This document shows, piece after piece, positions 39,643 through 50,097 of a stretch of 64,000 nucleotides of DNA. Made by a program: the position numbers and the translations under genes. Position 1 is the stretch's first letter. Every line of letters begins with the position of its first letter. Under the pieces are notes generated by a model. It searched no databases, was not told the origin of the DNA, and saw only the letters and a list, made by a program, of their open reading frames with translations. The stretch is from Tildeniella nuda ZEHNDER 1965/U140 (GTDB taxonomy: Bacteria; Cyanobacteriota; Cyanobacteriia; Leptolyngbyales; Leptolyngbyaceae), in assembly GCA_019358895.1 (NCBI GenBank), contig JAHHIG010000010.1, positions 27,510-91,509 on the forward strand. Direction: 5' to 3'.

Positions 39643-39900
39643 AGCTTTCCTTAAACTTATTTACCCTCACTGTAGGACAGCAATCGCCCCTTCACCACTG
39701 GCGTTTAACCCTTACCAGTAAACTTTCTCAGTAGTTAAGAAACGCTGCAATTGTCCAGTGGCAGCAGCAATGCAGCAGCATGACGGCTACGGCATGATTG
39801 AAGCTATTTGCTATTTCATTGTCTGATTCGTAAAGAGAAGATCTTTTCAGTTACCATCGCTAGTACCATTTAGAGTGCCGATCGTTGGATTTCGCCCCGC

Positions 39901-40254
39901 ATGTCTGTATCTCGGTTTACCATCAATCTCGTTGAAGGGTCTGTGGCAATGAGCTTTACGCCCCAGGCTGCCAGAGAGTTACAGCTAGCGCTCTCTCAGC
40001 TTATGGACAGCCTCAAAGCCATTGCCACCAAAAAAACCGCTCCTGGAGCGCGCGCAACGCCTCAAAAGCCGATGGAGTACCAGTATACGGGTGATGTCTT
40101 TCTCGAAGTTTTTTGTAACCCTAATATCTGGTCAACCCCATTTGCTGCCAAAGTTTTGATTACTCTAAGGGACGATCGCATTCGCCTGACAACCGAAGCT
40201 GAACTCAGCCGTTTGATAGAAGACATCAATCAATATTTAGAGCAATATGCGTAA
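39901..40254 (+). CDS. Conserved hypothetical protein
   Basis: 117-aa ORF, FLEVFCNPNIWSTPFAAKVL. Confidence 0.8.
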   Translation: MSVSRFTINLVEGSVAMSFTPQAARELQLALSQLMDSLKAIATKKTAPGARATPQKPMEYQYTGDVFLEVFCNPNIWSTPFAAKVLITLRDDRIRLTTEAELSRLIEDINQYLEQYA

Positions 40255-40420
40255 GGCATTGGGCTTATGCATCGGCTCAAAGATACTGAACAGCAAAGCA
40301 GCAGCACTAATCAAAGCAACTCACTAGAAGACTCTTTTTCCTCCGAATTTCAACATCTTCTACCTGTATTTGTAAAGTAGGCTTAAACTGTCCGCATGAT
40401 GCTTAAAGGATACGATCGCG

Positions 40421-40795
40421 ATGAATTCTGACAACCTTGTGCAACTGGTTCAAAAAGGGTTTCGTGTCACGCTTGGGGCGACAGCGTCTCTAGTAGAAGT
40501 GCTGCAAGATTCGGAAAAGCGCGGCGAGAATTTCTCTAGACTAAACCAAGAGTGGAGCGAGCTATCAGCCAAGTGGGCAGAGAAGGGCGAAGTAACCGAG
40601 CAGGAGGCACGCAACTTCGTCGATACGCTACTTTCCCAACGCTCTCAGCCGCCTGCTTCAGGGCAGACGAGTACTGTCTCGACAACACCGTCTGCCCCTC
40701 CAGGGATTCAGCTAGAGCTACAGGAGTTAACAGCACAAATTGTGGCTATGCGGGCTGAACTAGAGCAGATCAGGAATGAAGGCACATCATCCTAA
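40421..40795 (+). CDS. Conserved hypothetical helical protein (phasin-like, tentative)
   Basis: QKGFRVTLGA, KGEVTEQEARNFVD, C-terminal coiled coil. Confidence 0.75.
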   Translation: MNSDNLVQLVQKGFRVTLGATASLVEVLQDSEKRGENFSRLNQEWSELSAKWAEKGEVTEQEARNFVDTLLSQRSQPPASGQTSTVSTTPSAPPGIQLELQELTAQIVAMRAELEQIRNEGTSS

Positions 40796-40820
40796 TTTGC
40801 TTCTTCTGGCTTGAACTCAG

Positions 40821-41042
40821 CTAGTCGTTGTCCCACTGTTCACGACCGACGAGATCACCGATACGATCGCGGAGCAGAAAACTGCATCGTTCCAGTTCGC
40901 ATTCGACCAGCGCCCATTCGCGCGCTGGAATGAATTGGCAAAGAATGTAGATCGGCTGCTGACGGCTGACTTTACCTTTACGGACGAGTTCACGCGCCTC
41001 GTCTTGAATCACGCTGAGAGAATACTGTGCAGACTGAAGCAT
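40821..41042 (-). CDS. DUF4327 family protein
   Basis: YSLSVIQDEARELV...SRQQPIY...PAREW...DRIGDL...WDND. Confidence 0.85.
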   Translation of the reverse strand: MLQSAQYSLSVIQDEARELVRKGKVSRQQPIYILCQFIPAREWALVECELERCSFLLRDRIGDLVGREQWDND

Positions 41043-41443
41043 AATATCACCCTTGTACTGGCTAATGGAATTTTGGTGAGGAGAGGGAGCTTGTATGGAG
41101 CGACTTGAAGTAGCTGTAGGAGTAGAAATAAGTTAAAACTAAGGCTTAATTTAGAGGAAAGAGATTGTAGTCCTCTATACTGAACTCGTTTCATTTTCGC
41201 GCTAAACCCTCTTTGATTGTATTAAGAACTGTTGAAAAAGTCATCAAATCCTAACTAGATTCCGCAAAATCCTGGTATTAAAGCATCTAGCGATCAGTGG
41301 ATTCGAGGAACGATCAAGGGATCTGTTGCGGAAGCTTAAAGAACGTGAACCTTGTCAGAGCCTTGAGCAAATTTACGCGCACTGCCTTACTCCTAGCTTT
41401 CGCAGGGGCTTTCTATGAGGCACGATTGCCTGATGCTTTGGTG

Positions 41444-42571
41444 CTAAATTTTACTCAGGAGCGGATTCAAAACGGCTGCCATCCGACGCTTCTGACGCTT
41501 GTAACACAGTTCTGCCGCCAACTCTAGCGCGGCTCTCATACTGGTTGCTTCTGCTTTGCCCTGCCCGGCAATGTCAAAGGCTGTACCGTGATCGGGCGAT
41601 GTACGCACAAAGGGCAACCCGATCGAGGTATTGACCGCTCGATCGAACGCCATCAGTTTAACTGGAATCAGCCCTTGATCGTGATAGAGCGCCAGATAGG
41701 CATCGGCAGGATTAACGCTTCGAGAAGACGCAACTGTTGTACCCTCTACGTCCTGATGTCTCCCAAACCACGCTTGCCCTGGTTTTACCCATAGTGTGTC
41801 AGGCGGAATAGGTCCCTCTAATTGAAGTTGAGGAAGACGATCGCGCGTCTCGTCAAGCCAGGGAATCAGCCAGTCTTGTTCCTCCTGCCCTAATTTGCCC
41901 TGTTCGCCGCTGTGAGGGTTGAGTCCGGCGATCGCAATGCGGGGTGTTTCTAAACCAAAATCTTGTCGCAAACATTCGATCAGTAGATCGAGCTTGCGAG
42001 TGAGTAAGGCTGGAGTGAGGGCATCGGCAACCTGACGTAGGGGAATGTGAGTCGTTGCCAGTAGCGTTCTCAAAATCCAGCCTGTATAGGGCGATCGAGC
42101 GACAAACAACATACCAAAGCGGTCAACGCCTGCCCGTTTTGCCAGCAGTTCAGTCTGTCCAGGATAGGCATGTCCGGCTGCACTCCAGGCGGCTTTGGAA
42201 ATGGGTCCGGTGACAATACCGTGAAACGTTCCATCTAAAGCATGGGCGATCGCAGTTGCTAGATAGCGAAAGCTGGTGGCTCCACTGGCAGCGCTTTCCT
42301 GTCCAATCATAATTTGCTCTTCTACAGAGGCATCCAGCGCCACGTCAAGGATATTTAGGTAATCTGGATTCGCCAGGGCAAGGTGTGAGTGGCGCGATCG
42401 CAACTGCTGGTAGGTAGCTATAAGACGCGATCGACTACCAACGATCGTCACGTCACAGTCCGCAAGTGGCATTGCCAGTGCTTTAAGTACCACTTCTATA
42501 CCAATGCCTGCTGGATCGCCCAGCGTAACAGCCAATTGAGGGCGATAGGAGGTTGTGTCAGACATGATCAA
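41444..42571 (-). CDS. pdxA: 4-hydroxythreonine-4-phosphate dehydrogenase
   Basis: [40 protein letters not shown]. Confidence 0.96.
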   Translation of the reverse strand: MIMSDTTSYRPQLAVTLGDPAGIGIEVVLKALAMPLADCDVTIVGSRSRLIATYQQLRSRHSHLALANPDYLNILDVALDASVEEQIMIGQESAASGATSFRYLATAIAHALDGTFHGIVTGPISKAAWSAAGHAYPGQTELLAKRAGVDRFGMLFVARSPYTGWILRTLLATTHIPLRQVADALTPALLTRKLDLLIECLRQDFGLETPRIAIAGLNPHSGEQGKLGQEEQDWLIPWLDETRDRLPQLQLEGPIPPDTLWVKPGQAWFGRHQDVEGTTVASSRSVNPADAYLALYHDQGLIPVKLMAFDRAVNTSIGLPFVRTSPDHGTAFDIAGQGKAEATSMRAALELAAELCYKRQKRRMAAVLNPLLSKI

Positions 42572-42640
42572 ATTTGTTCTTACTGCACCCTAGACCACTG
42601 TAGCGAGATTCAGCACTCGATCGCTTGACCGTATGTTGCG

Positions 42641-43981
42641 CTAGTGTCGCTTGTTATGCCCTTTGGCGGTCACATCGTCTAACTCAGCATACGCGGGTAA
42701 GGTCGTATCGATCGCCCTGCCAGCGCGTAACACAACGCGATCGTGCTGCGATCGCGACAGCAATTCACTATAGCGGCGTGCCTTAAAGAGCACGAGATCG
42801 GCAGGAAGACCCGCGCCAATGCGCCCTACAGTTGGCAAGCCCATGAGGTCAGCCGGAGTCATTGTAATGGCACGACACCATGTTCCATAAGGACGATCGA
42901 GGTGGGCAATTTTGACTGATAAGCTGAAAATCTCTAAACCATCGTGGTCACCAAAGCCATGAAACGGGTCGCGGCAGTTGTCGCTGGCGATCGCAACGGG
43001 TACACCTGCTTGCTTGAATTCGTGCAGCAGCGTCACCCCACGCCAGCGAGGGGTGCGCCCTGTTTGCCGATCTTGTAGATATAGATTGCACATGGGTAAG
43101 CTGACAATACCAATCTTTGCCTGCTTGACGAGGGCGATCGTTGCGATCGCCGTTTCCGGTGACTGTACCGCCAAACTACAGCAGTGCCCACACACAATTT
43201 GCCCCTGAAATTGGTGTCGAATCGCCGTCTCAGCAATGATACGTAGAGTTTCTGCATTGGGGTCGTTAGTTTCGTCCGCGTGAAAGTCCAGATTAAGGCG
43301 ATGGGCTTTTGCCAGCGTGAAGGCGCGATCGACCTGTGCCTCAATGTCTGGGTTCATGTAAGCAACACCACCCAAAATGCCGCCAACCTCAGCAACTTGC
43401 TCAGCCAGTTGTTCACCCGCTTGCGTGCAATAGTATTCCAATGACACCAAAGAAGCGGCTTGCAGGGTCAGCCGCGCTCTCCATTCTGATTGGAGGGCTT
43501 TAAAGACGCTCAGGCTGATGGCTGCTTGTTCGCCCGCTGAGTCAATGTGGGTACGAAGTGCTTTTGTGCCATGAGCATAGCTACACTTCAGTCCGAACTC
43601 CATACGACGATACACATCATCCGCATCCCAATGTTTTTTAGCATCGGTTTGGCTGGTATCGATCGCGCCATCGAAGGTGCAGTCAGGATTGGGTGTCCGT
43701 TCCCAGATGTGCCCTTTGTCTAAGTGGGTATGTAGATCAACAAAGCAGGGAAAGACAATGCCGCCACCGAGGTCAACGGATGGTTGTTCATCGTTGGTTC
43801 TGCCTGCTGGAGCGATCGCGCCGATCGTACTGCCGTCAATTTCAACATCAACGAGAAGAAAGTCTGGCTGTGAGGCGCTCTGAGTAGCGGGTATAGGAAG
43901 GAGGTCGTTTGGACTTTGATCTAGCAGGGGTAGTGGAACGTGGGCATTTTTGAGCCAATAGCGATCGGAAGCCGGAATCAT
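42641..43981 (-). CDS. codA: Cytosine deaminase
   Basis: FVDLHTHLDK, RTHID, DFHADET, GHCCSLA, ASDNCRDPF. Confidence 0.88.
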   Translation of the reverse strand: MIPASDRYWLKNAHVPLPLLDQSPNDLLPIPATQSASQPDFLLVDVEIDGSTIGAIAPAGRTNDEQPSVDLGGGIVFPCFVDLHTHLDKGHIWERTPNPDCTFDGAIDTSQTDAKKHWDADDVYRRMEFGLKCSYAHGTKALRTHIDSAGEQAAISLSVFKALQSEWRARLTLQAASLVSLEYYCTQAGEQLAEQVAEVGGILGGVAYMNPDIEAQVDRAFTLAKAHRLNLDFHADETNDPNAETLRIIAETAIRHQFQGQIVCGHCCSLAVQSPETAIATIALVKQAKIGIVSLPMCNLYLQDRQTGRTPRWRGVTLLHEFKQAGVPVAIASDNCRDPFHGFGDHDGLEIFSLSVKIAHLDRPYGTWCRAITMTPADLMGLPTVGRIGAGLPADLVLFKARRYSELLSRSQHDRVVLRAGRAIDTTLPAYAELDDVTAKGHNKRH

Positions 43982-44156
43982 GAAGCCTGTCTCAATGGAT
44001 GATCAAAGTCCAGCCGTTTTAAGGCTACCTGCATGTCGTTCTGTATGAACTACGTCGATTAGTTGTCCTAATGTATCGCAAGGTTTGATTTAAACCATCA
44101 CCCGTGCAAAGCATCTCTGTGTTGGCATACTGTACGCACCTTAAAGCGCCCAAACA

Positions 44157-44183
44157 AAAGGGTGAGCCTTCGCCCACCCTTCT
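44157..44183 (-). terminator. Intrinsic terminator downstream of the peroxiredoxin gene
   Basis: Minus strand AGAAGGGTGGGCGAAGGCTCACCCTTTT: stem followed by a U-tract. Confidence 0.6.
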
Positions 44184-44206
44184 ATTCGTGTCTAACTCAA
44201 CTCTGA

Positions 44207-44353
44207 TGTAGCGGTTCCCATTAGCGTGCGGTACAAGGGTTGGGGTTTTAAGGCAGAAGGAAAGCCGCCGTTCTCTTTAACTTAACTTCTGCCCTCTGCC
44301 CTCTGCCTTCTACCTCTTTGCGACTGTACTTCACTGGATTAGGAACCGCTGTA
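44207..44353. mobile_element. MITE-like element, family C, copy 2
   Basis: tgtagcggttccc...aggaaccgctgta TIR; internal (ctctgcc)n; homologous to the reverse complement of 23051-23191. Confidence 0.65.
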
Positions 44354-44368
44354 ACGGATAGTCAAACG

Positions 44369-44968
44369 TTATACGGCTGCGAAGTATTCCTTCGACTTTT
44401 TGGGATCGGGGTTCATGGTTGCATCACCGGGCTTCCAACCAGCGGGGCACACTTCATCGGGATGAGATTGCACATACTGAATTGCCTGCAACGTCCGTAG
44501 AGTTTCGTCAACGCTGCGACCGAAGGAGAGGTTGTTGATAGTGGAATGCTGAATGATGCCGTCTTTATCGATGATAAATAGACCCCGTAGAGCGACACCT
44601 GCATCAGGGTCAAGCACGTTGTAAGCCGCGCTTACTTCTTTCTTAATGTCAGAAACGAGGGGATAGTTGAGGTCGCCCACACCACCGCTCTTACGATCGG
44701 TTTGAATCCATGCCAGATGAGAAAATTCGCTATCAACCGACGCGCCTAGCACTTCGGTACCGATTTGCTTAAACTCGTCGTAGCGATCGCTAAACGCAGT
44801 AATTTCAGTCGGGCAAACAAAGGTAAAGTCGAGCGGATAGAAAAAGAGCACAACGTACTTGCCACGGTAGTCAGACAGCTTAATCGTCTTAAACTCTTGA
44901 TCTACTACAGCCGTTGCTGTGAAGTCGGGAGCAGATTGCCCAACGCGCAAGCATCCTTCTTGAGTCAT
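44369..44968 (-). CDS. Typical 2-Cys peroxiredoxin (AhpC/Prx1)
   Basis: [25 protein letters not shown]-terminal YF motif. Confidence 0.96.
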   Translation of the reverse strand: MTQEGCLRVGQSAPDFTATAVVDQEFKTIKLSDYRGKYVVLFFYPLDFTFVCPTEITAFSDRYDEFKQIGTEVLGASVDSEFSHLAWIQTDRKSGGVGDLNYPLVSDIKKEVSAAYNVLDPDAGVALRGLFIIDKDGIIQHSTINNLSFGRSVDETLRTLQAIQYVQSHPDEVCPAGWKPGDATMNPDPKKSKEYFAAV

Positions 44969-45106
44969 GAGATTACAGTCTCCTTATCTTTGGGTATATT
45001 GGGTGCGTCTTGATCTTTGTCAGCGCGTTTGGTTCGCAGAACAATCAGTAAAGTCAGCCCAGCACTGGTTCGGTACGCACAACGACCGACAACTTAAGGA
45101 CTGACC

Positions 45107-45123
45107 TGACTATATCATAGTCA
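45107..45123. promoter_or_regulatory. Perfect 7-3-7 palindrome TGACTAT-ATC-ATAGTCA upstream of the peroxiredoxin gene
   Basis: Seen directly; overlaps a TATGAT -10-like hexamer on the minus strand. Confidence 0.5.
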
Positions 45124-45646
45124 TAACGATTTTGAGTAAGGCGTTGATCAAGGAGATCCGATCCAGTCAGGCGCGATCGCGCCTTTGCCCGAACCTTCTT
45201 AAAAAGCTATGTTATCGCCCTTTAAGATCACCAATGTTCGCTTGAGGTCGGCGGTTAACTATCAAGTTGTGAGGGGCGATCGCTTCATCACATGCACTCT
45301 TCTCATGAAAGCCAATCGCTCTGTACTGCTGACGGAGTTGACGGCAAGGGCAACACACTCAAACATAAACTTGTCGTCTAGAACCTTAGGGCTTTGCGAT
45401 TTAATCACCGACCAATTAACCAGGTTTCAGCTACGCTCAACCTTCAGTCATAGCGGGTTGAGCAGAGCCGAAACCCAAACCACTGGTATCTTCTTTTCTT
45501 GCAATCCCCTTAACGTTGTAAACGATCGAGCAAGTTGCAGAAACGGTCTAGTAGAATAGACTACCCGGAAGGGTAATTAAATAATGACTTCGACTCACTC
45601 ATAATGTGGGCGTATAGCCCCCGCTTAAAGAGAGAGGAGAACCCGA

Positions 45647-47188
45647 TTGCACCAGGAAACTGCTAAGCAAGTCAGTCCTTTTGGAGAAGCTGACTGTGAA
45701 TCTGAAGTGAAGCTCCTCAAGCAAGATTACAGCGAATATTTCTTTTACGAAACTCGATTTAATAGCCTAGCGCTCGACCCAAATGTCTTCCTCATTGTGG
45801 GCAGAAGAGGATCGGGAAAAACGGCGCTCTCTCAATTCTTCTCCTTTCAAAAGCAGCTTCGTAACACGATCGCAATCGATGTCGATGAGCCTGTAGCCTT
45901 TGAACAAATTCTGGAGAAAGTTTCTAAACTCACCATGCAGTCCCGTGAGGTTGCCATTCCTAAGATTGCAAAAATATGGGATTTTCTCATTTGGCTGATC
46001 ATCTTTAGACAGTTAAAAGGTCAGGATCTTCGGATTCAAGCTGCCTGTATTTTCGGCGACCATAATGGTAAAGTTTCCAACTTTATTCGCCATACGCTCA
46101 GCGCTCTGGTTAATCACTTTTTGGATACTGAAGGCGACTTATTGAGCGAACTAGAAGCCATTCTTTCAGATGAGAGAATTGCCGCAGGTAAAGTGGCTGT
46201 ACTGGAACTAGCGCGCAAAAAACCGATTATTGTAGCGATTGATACCCTGGAAAACTATGCCGTTAATGATGACATCATGATGCGGACAACCGCAGCACTG
46301 ATTCAATGCGGTTCTGAGTTTAATCGAGATCATGCCAGAAATGGAGTGCATTTGAAGATTTTTGTGATGGCTGAAGTATTTCCTTATCTGAAAGAAGAAG
46401 TCATTCTCAATACGCTGAAATTTGTGCGGCATGAAGTCTATCTACATTGGCGACCCAAAGATCTGATGCGGCTCATTAGCTGGCGCTTTCACCACTATTT
46501 GCGTGCGGTAGATCAGCTCTCTCAAGAGTCTATCAACATCAAATGGGACGACTATAACGAAGTCCGCGAGAAGATGTGGAATCCCTATTTTGGCAACAGC
46601 TTGCGGAATGATGGAGGCTTACCTGAGCTGACGTTTCCCTACGTGCTACGACACACACAGATGCGTCCTCGGCAATTGATTGTCCTTTGCAATACGATCG
46701 CCGCTAGAGCCGCTAGAGAAAAAAAATTCCCAGCTTTTCATCCAGAAACAATCATTAAAGCTGTTGCAGAAGGTGAATATGCCCTAGCAGAAGAAGTGCT
46801 TAACTCTTACAGTGCCGTTTACCCTAAAGTTGGCAGAATTGTGGAAGCGCTATCAGGTTTGCCAATGATCTTTAAAGGGAATGAATTGGACAAAAGAGCA
46901 TCGCTCACCGCATCGGAATGGCCCTCTGGAGAATACTCTCCTTTCGCGTTTCGACAACTCATAGCTGAGTTGGGTATCATCGGACGGGTACGGACGATTG
47001 ATCAGAAATCGGGCTTTGTAGAAGCAGATTTTGAATATAGTTCAAGAATAAGATTACCGCTGCTCGTTACAGATTACTGTGTGGTGCATCCAATGTTCTA
47101 TCGGAGGCTCAATATCAACCTGAAGCCTAATCTACGGGTTTACCCTTTTCCTGAACATGAGGAGTTTAAGGAACTTGCCTATCGGTAA
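45647..47188 (+). CDS. Stand-alone P-loop NTPase (Sll1717/FunZ-like, tentative)
   Basis: LIVGRRGSGKTAL, IIVAIDTLE, MRPRQLIVLCN, C-terminal ELGIIG...VHPMF; AT-richer than the flanks. Confidence 0.7.
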   Translation: MHQETAKQVSPFGEADCESEVKLLKQDYSEYFFYETRFNSLALDPNVFLIVGRRGSGKTALSQFFSFQKQLRNTIAIDVDEPVAFEQILEKVSKLTMQSREVAIPKIAKIWDFLIWLIIFRQLKGQDLRIQAACIFGDHNGKVSNFIRHTLSALVNHFLDTEGDLLSELEAILSDERIAAGKVAVLELARKKPIIVAIDTLENYAVNDDIMMRTTAALIQCGSEFNRDHARNGVHLKIFVMAEVFPYLKEEVILNTLKFVRHEVYLHWRPKDLMRLISWRFHHYLRAVDQLSQESINIKWDDYNEVREKMWNPYFGNSLRNDGGLPELTFPYVLRHTQMRPRQLIVLCNTIAARAAREKKFPAFHPETIIKAVAEGEYALAEEVLNSYSAVYPKVGRIVEALSGLPMIFKGNELDKRASLTASEWPSGEYSPFAFRQLIAELGIIGRVRTIDQKSGFVEADFEYSSRIRLPLLVTDYCVVHPMFYRRLNINLKPNLRVYPFPEHEEFKELAYR

Positions 47189-47740
47189 TCTATGGCTGTT
47201 TTCAAATCGGTAAACTACAACTTCTTTGAGAGGTATTGTATTGGTTCATCTCCTTTCAGTACCGACTGAAGGCTTGCTCGTTTTTAGTGACTTCTTCAAC
47301 TGATTCTAATTAATGAAAGAATTCAAGCTGTAAACAACTTGCCACCGCTTACCTTTTGCGCGATCGACTCCAAAGCCAAAAAAGACTGAGCCTAACGTCA
47401 TGCTGATGCATCCCAGCCAAAGCCAAACCTGTATCATCAATTTCAGCCTCGAACATACTTTTATATGTTGAGGAGGCAGTCAAAAAGAATCGTCTACCCA
47501 ATGAAGGAGATATTCTTGTAAGTTGATGCCTGTCTTTAACTGAGGGTACTGTTCATTAACTGCCGCTTCTGATACCTGTGGCTAATTTTTGGTAGGAACG
47601 CGATCGCGACCTTTGAAGGTATGGCACGATCACTCTCCTGTGATGACTGCTTCGAGAGCAATCATCTTTGTTGTTGGCAAGCATTATGCAACAGCGATCG
47701 TCTATGGTCGTAGCAGGGAACAACACAAAGGAGCTTAACC

Positions 47741-48553
47741 GTGAGTAGTCAGCAAGCGCAAACCTGGCAGACGACTGCCTTATTGGTGATCGTCGGTCTT
47801 GTGGCACTGCTTGGGCTGAATGCCTTTGTCATCGTCAATCCAGGCGAAGCTGGAGTGATTAGCATTTTGGGCAAGGCACGTGACGGTGAATTGCTGGAAG
47901 GTATCCATCTCAAACCACCGTTTGTCTCAAAGGTCGATATTTACGATTTGACCGTGCAAAAGTTTGAAGTACCTGCTCAAAGCTCCACTAAAGATTTGCA
48001 GGATCTAACTGCCAGCTTTGCGATTAACTTCCGCTTAGACCCAACGCAGGTTGTGAACATTCGACGATCGCAAGGTAGCTTGCAAAATATTGTGTCGAAG
48101 ATTATTGCGCCTCAAACTCAGGAGTCCTTCAAGATTGCGGCGGCTCGTCGCACCATTGAAGAAGCGATTACCAAACGTGATGAGTTGAAGCAAGATTTTG
48201 ATCTGGCGCTGGGTACTCGTCTGGATAAGTACGGCATCATTATTCTTGATACTAGCGTGGTCGATTTAAAGTTCTCGCCTGAATTTTCCCATGCGGTTGA
48301 AGAAAAGCAGATTGCCGAGCAGCGAGCGCAACGGGCTGTTTACGTGGCTCAAGAAGCTGAGCAAGAAGCCGAGGCAACGGTCAATCGCTCTAAGGGGCAG
48401 GCAGAAGCACAGCGCTTGCTGCGAGAGACGCTAACACCAGAACTATTACAGAAACAGGCGATCGAAAAATGGGATGGCAAGTTTCCACAGGTGATGGGCG
48501 GCAATGGTGCGCTGCCATTCATTAACCTGGAGGTTGCCAAGACTAAGGGTTGA
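47741..48553 (+). CDS. Prohibitin/SPFH (band 7) family protein
   Basis: N-terminal TM, NPGEAGV, EGIHLKPP, AVEEKQIAEQRAQRA, IEKWDGKFP. Confidence 0.92.
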   Translation: MSSQQAQTWQTTALLVIVGLVALLGLNAFVIVNPGEAGVISILGKARDGELLEGIHLKPPFVSKVDIYDLTVQKFEVPAQSSTKDLQDLTASFAINFRLDPTQVVNIRRSQGSLQNIVSKIIAPQTQESFKIAAARRTIEEAITKRDELKQDFDLALGTRLDKYGIIILDTSVVDLKFSPEFSHAVEEKQIAEQRAQRAVYVAQEAEQEAEATVNRSKGQAEAQRLLRETLTPELLQKQAIEKWDGKFPQVMGGNGALPFINLEVAKTKG

Positions 48554-48563
48554 AGCGCCTGTG

Positions 48564-49343
48564 ATGCCGTTGACGGGTGCAGTGGGTACTGCGATCGCTA
48601 AACCGCTACGAATCCTCATTTTGGGCGGGACGGGTGATGCTGCTGCGCTGGCAATGCAACTTTCAACGCTTTCGGGTATCACAGTCATCACTTCGCTGGC
48701 AGGTCGGACTCAGCACCCATCAACGCTAGCAGGAGAGGTGCGAGTCGGCGGCTTTGGCGGCTCCAATGGTTTGGTCACTTATCTTCAAGAGCAGCGGATC
48801 GATGTCTTGATCGATGCGACGCATCCCTTTGCCGCAAAAATGTCCTGGAATGCAGCAACAGCGGCGATCGCGCTTGATATGCCTCATCTTATGCTCATGC
48901 GACCAGCGTGGGAGAAAGTTGCGGGCGATCGCTGGCTTGAAGTTGAGAGCGTCGAAGCAGCCGCGAAAGCCGTACCAGCCCATCTAAAACGGCTCTTTCT
49001 GACTATCGGCAGGCAGCAACTGGCTCCTTTTGCAACATTGACGGAGTATTGGTTTTTGATGCGATCGATCGATCCACCTGATCCCAGCGTGGCACTGCCC
49101 AACGGTAAATTGCTCCTCGATCGCGGTCCGTTCACGTTGGAAAATGAAATCGCACTTTTGAAGCAATACCAGATTGACGCGATCGTCAGCAAAAACAGCG
49201 GCGGTGATGCGACCTACGCCAAAATTGTTGCAGCAAGAAAGCTAGCGTTGCCGATATTTATGGTTCAGCGTCCTGCTATGCCTGAGGGCGATCGAGTAGC
49301 AGATGTTTCAAGCGCGGTGGAGTGGCTCAAACGATTGTCGTAG
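48564..49343 (+). CDS. cobK: Precorrin-6A/cobalt-precorrin-6A reductase
   Basis: ILILGGT, RVGGFGG, IDATHPFA, LTIGRQ, VSKNSGG. Confidence 0.93.
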   Translation: MPLTGAVGTAIAKPLRILILGGTGDAAALAMQLSTLSGITVITSLAGRTQHPSTLAGEVRVGGFGGSNGLVTYLQEQRIDVLIDATHPFAAKMSWNAATAAIALDMPHLMLMRPAWEKVAGDRWLEVESVEAAAKAVPAHLKRLFLTIGRQQLAPFATLTEYWFLMRSIDPPDPSVALPNGKLLLDRGPFTLENEIALLKQYQIDAIVSKNSGGDATYAKIVAARKLALPIFMVQRPAMPEGDRVADVSSAVEWLKRLS

Positions 49344-49545
49344 TAGGGCTTTCAGCGGTCAGCTTTCAGCGGTCAGAGATTTTTGAGATCTATTTTGGTG
49401 CTTCTTTAGTGCGTCGGGCGCGATCGCCTAGTAGCCGTTAAGTTTCTAGTTTTTAGTAAGCTACACTAATCGAGCGATTGGTCTAACAACCAACAACCTT
49501 TGTGGTATGCCCAAAGGGCTTTACAACTAATTACCTCACAAATCC

Positions 49546-50064
49546 TTACTTGAGGACTGGAAACTGCGTTTGTAGAAGTGTTTGAATCGCTTGTTCAATG
49601 TCTTCTGGCTTGGTTAGTGAGGAGTAGCGTTTAACCACATTGCCAGCGCGATCGACCAAAAATTTCGTAAAGTTCCACTTGACGGACTCGGTGCCCAAAA
49701 GACCTGGAGCTGCTTTCGTCAGGTATTGATAGAGCGGATGAGCATTCTGACCATTCACATCGATTTTCTGAAACAGCGGAAATGTGACACCAAAGCGCAT
49801 CTCGCAAAAGGATTGAATTTCAGCCGTGCTGCCTGGTTCTTGCTGCCCAAATTGGTTGCAGGGAAAGCCCAGGATCACAAAGCCCTGCTTTTCGTACTTT
49901 TCATAAAGTGCTTGCAGCCCCTTGTACTGCGGTGTAAAACCACAGGCGCTGGCAGTATTCACAATTAGCAACACCTGATCTCGATAGGTGCTCAAGCTAA
50001 TGGGCTTGCCATCTATGCTCGTAGCGGTGAAGTCGTAAAGGGATTGGGGCGTTGAGGCGGTCAT
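49546..50064 (-). CDS. Glutathione/thioredoxin peroxidase (Gpx/BtuE family)
   Basis: VNTASACGFTPQY, GFPCNQFG, KWNFTKFLV. Confidence 0.95.
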   Translation of the reverse strand: MTASTPQSLYDFTATSIDGKPISLSTYRDQVLLIVNTASACGFTPQYKGLQALYEKYEKQGFVILGFPCNQFGQQEPGSTAEIQSFCEMRFGVTFPLFQKIDVNGQNAHPLYQYLTKAAPGLLGTESVKWNFTKFLVDRAGNVVKRYSSLTKPEDIEQAIQTLLQTQFPVLK

Positions 50065-50097
50065 AGCGATAGATGCTTAACAAAACTAAATGGTTCT

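Noticed and set aside
45209-45559. 116-aa ORF as an effector partner of the P-loop NTPase
   Set aside because: No recognisable domain. The opposite strand shows only stop-riddled fragments with a faint TPR-like look.
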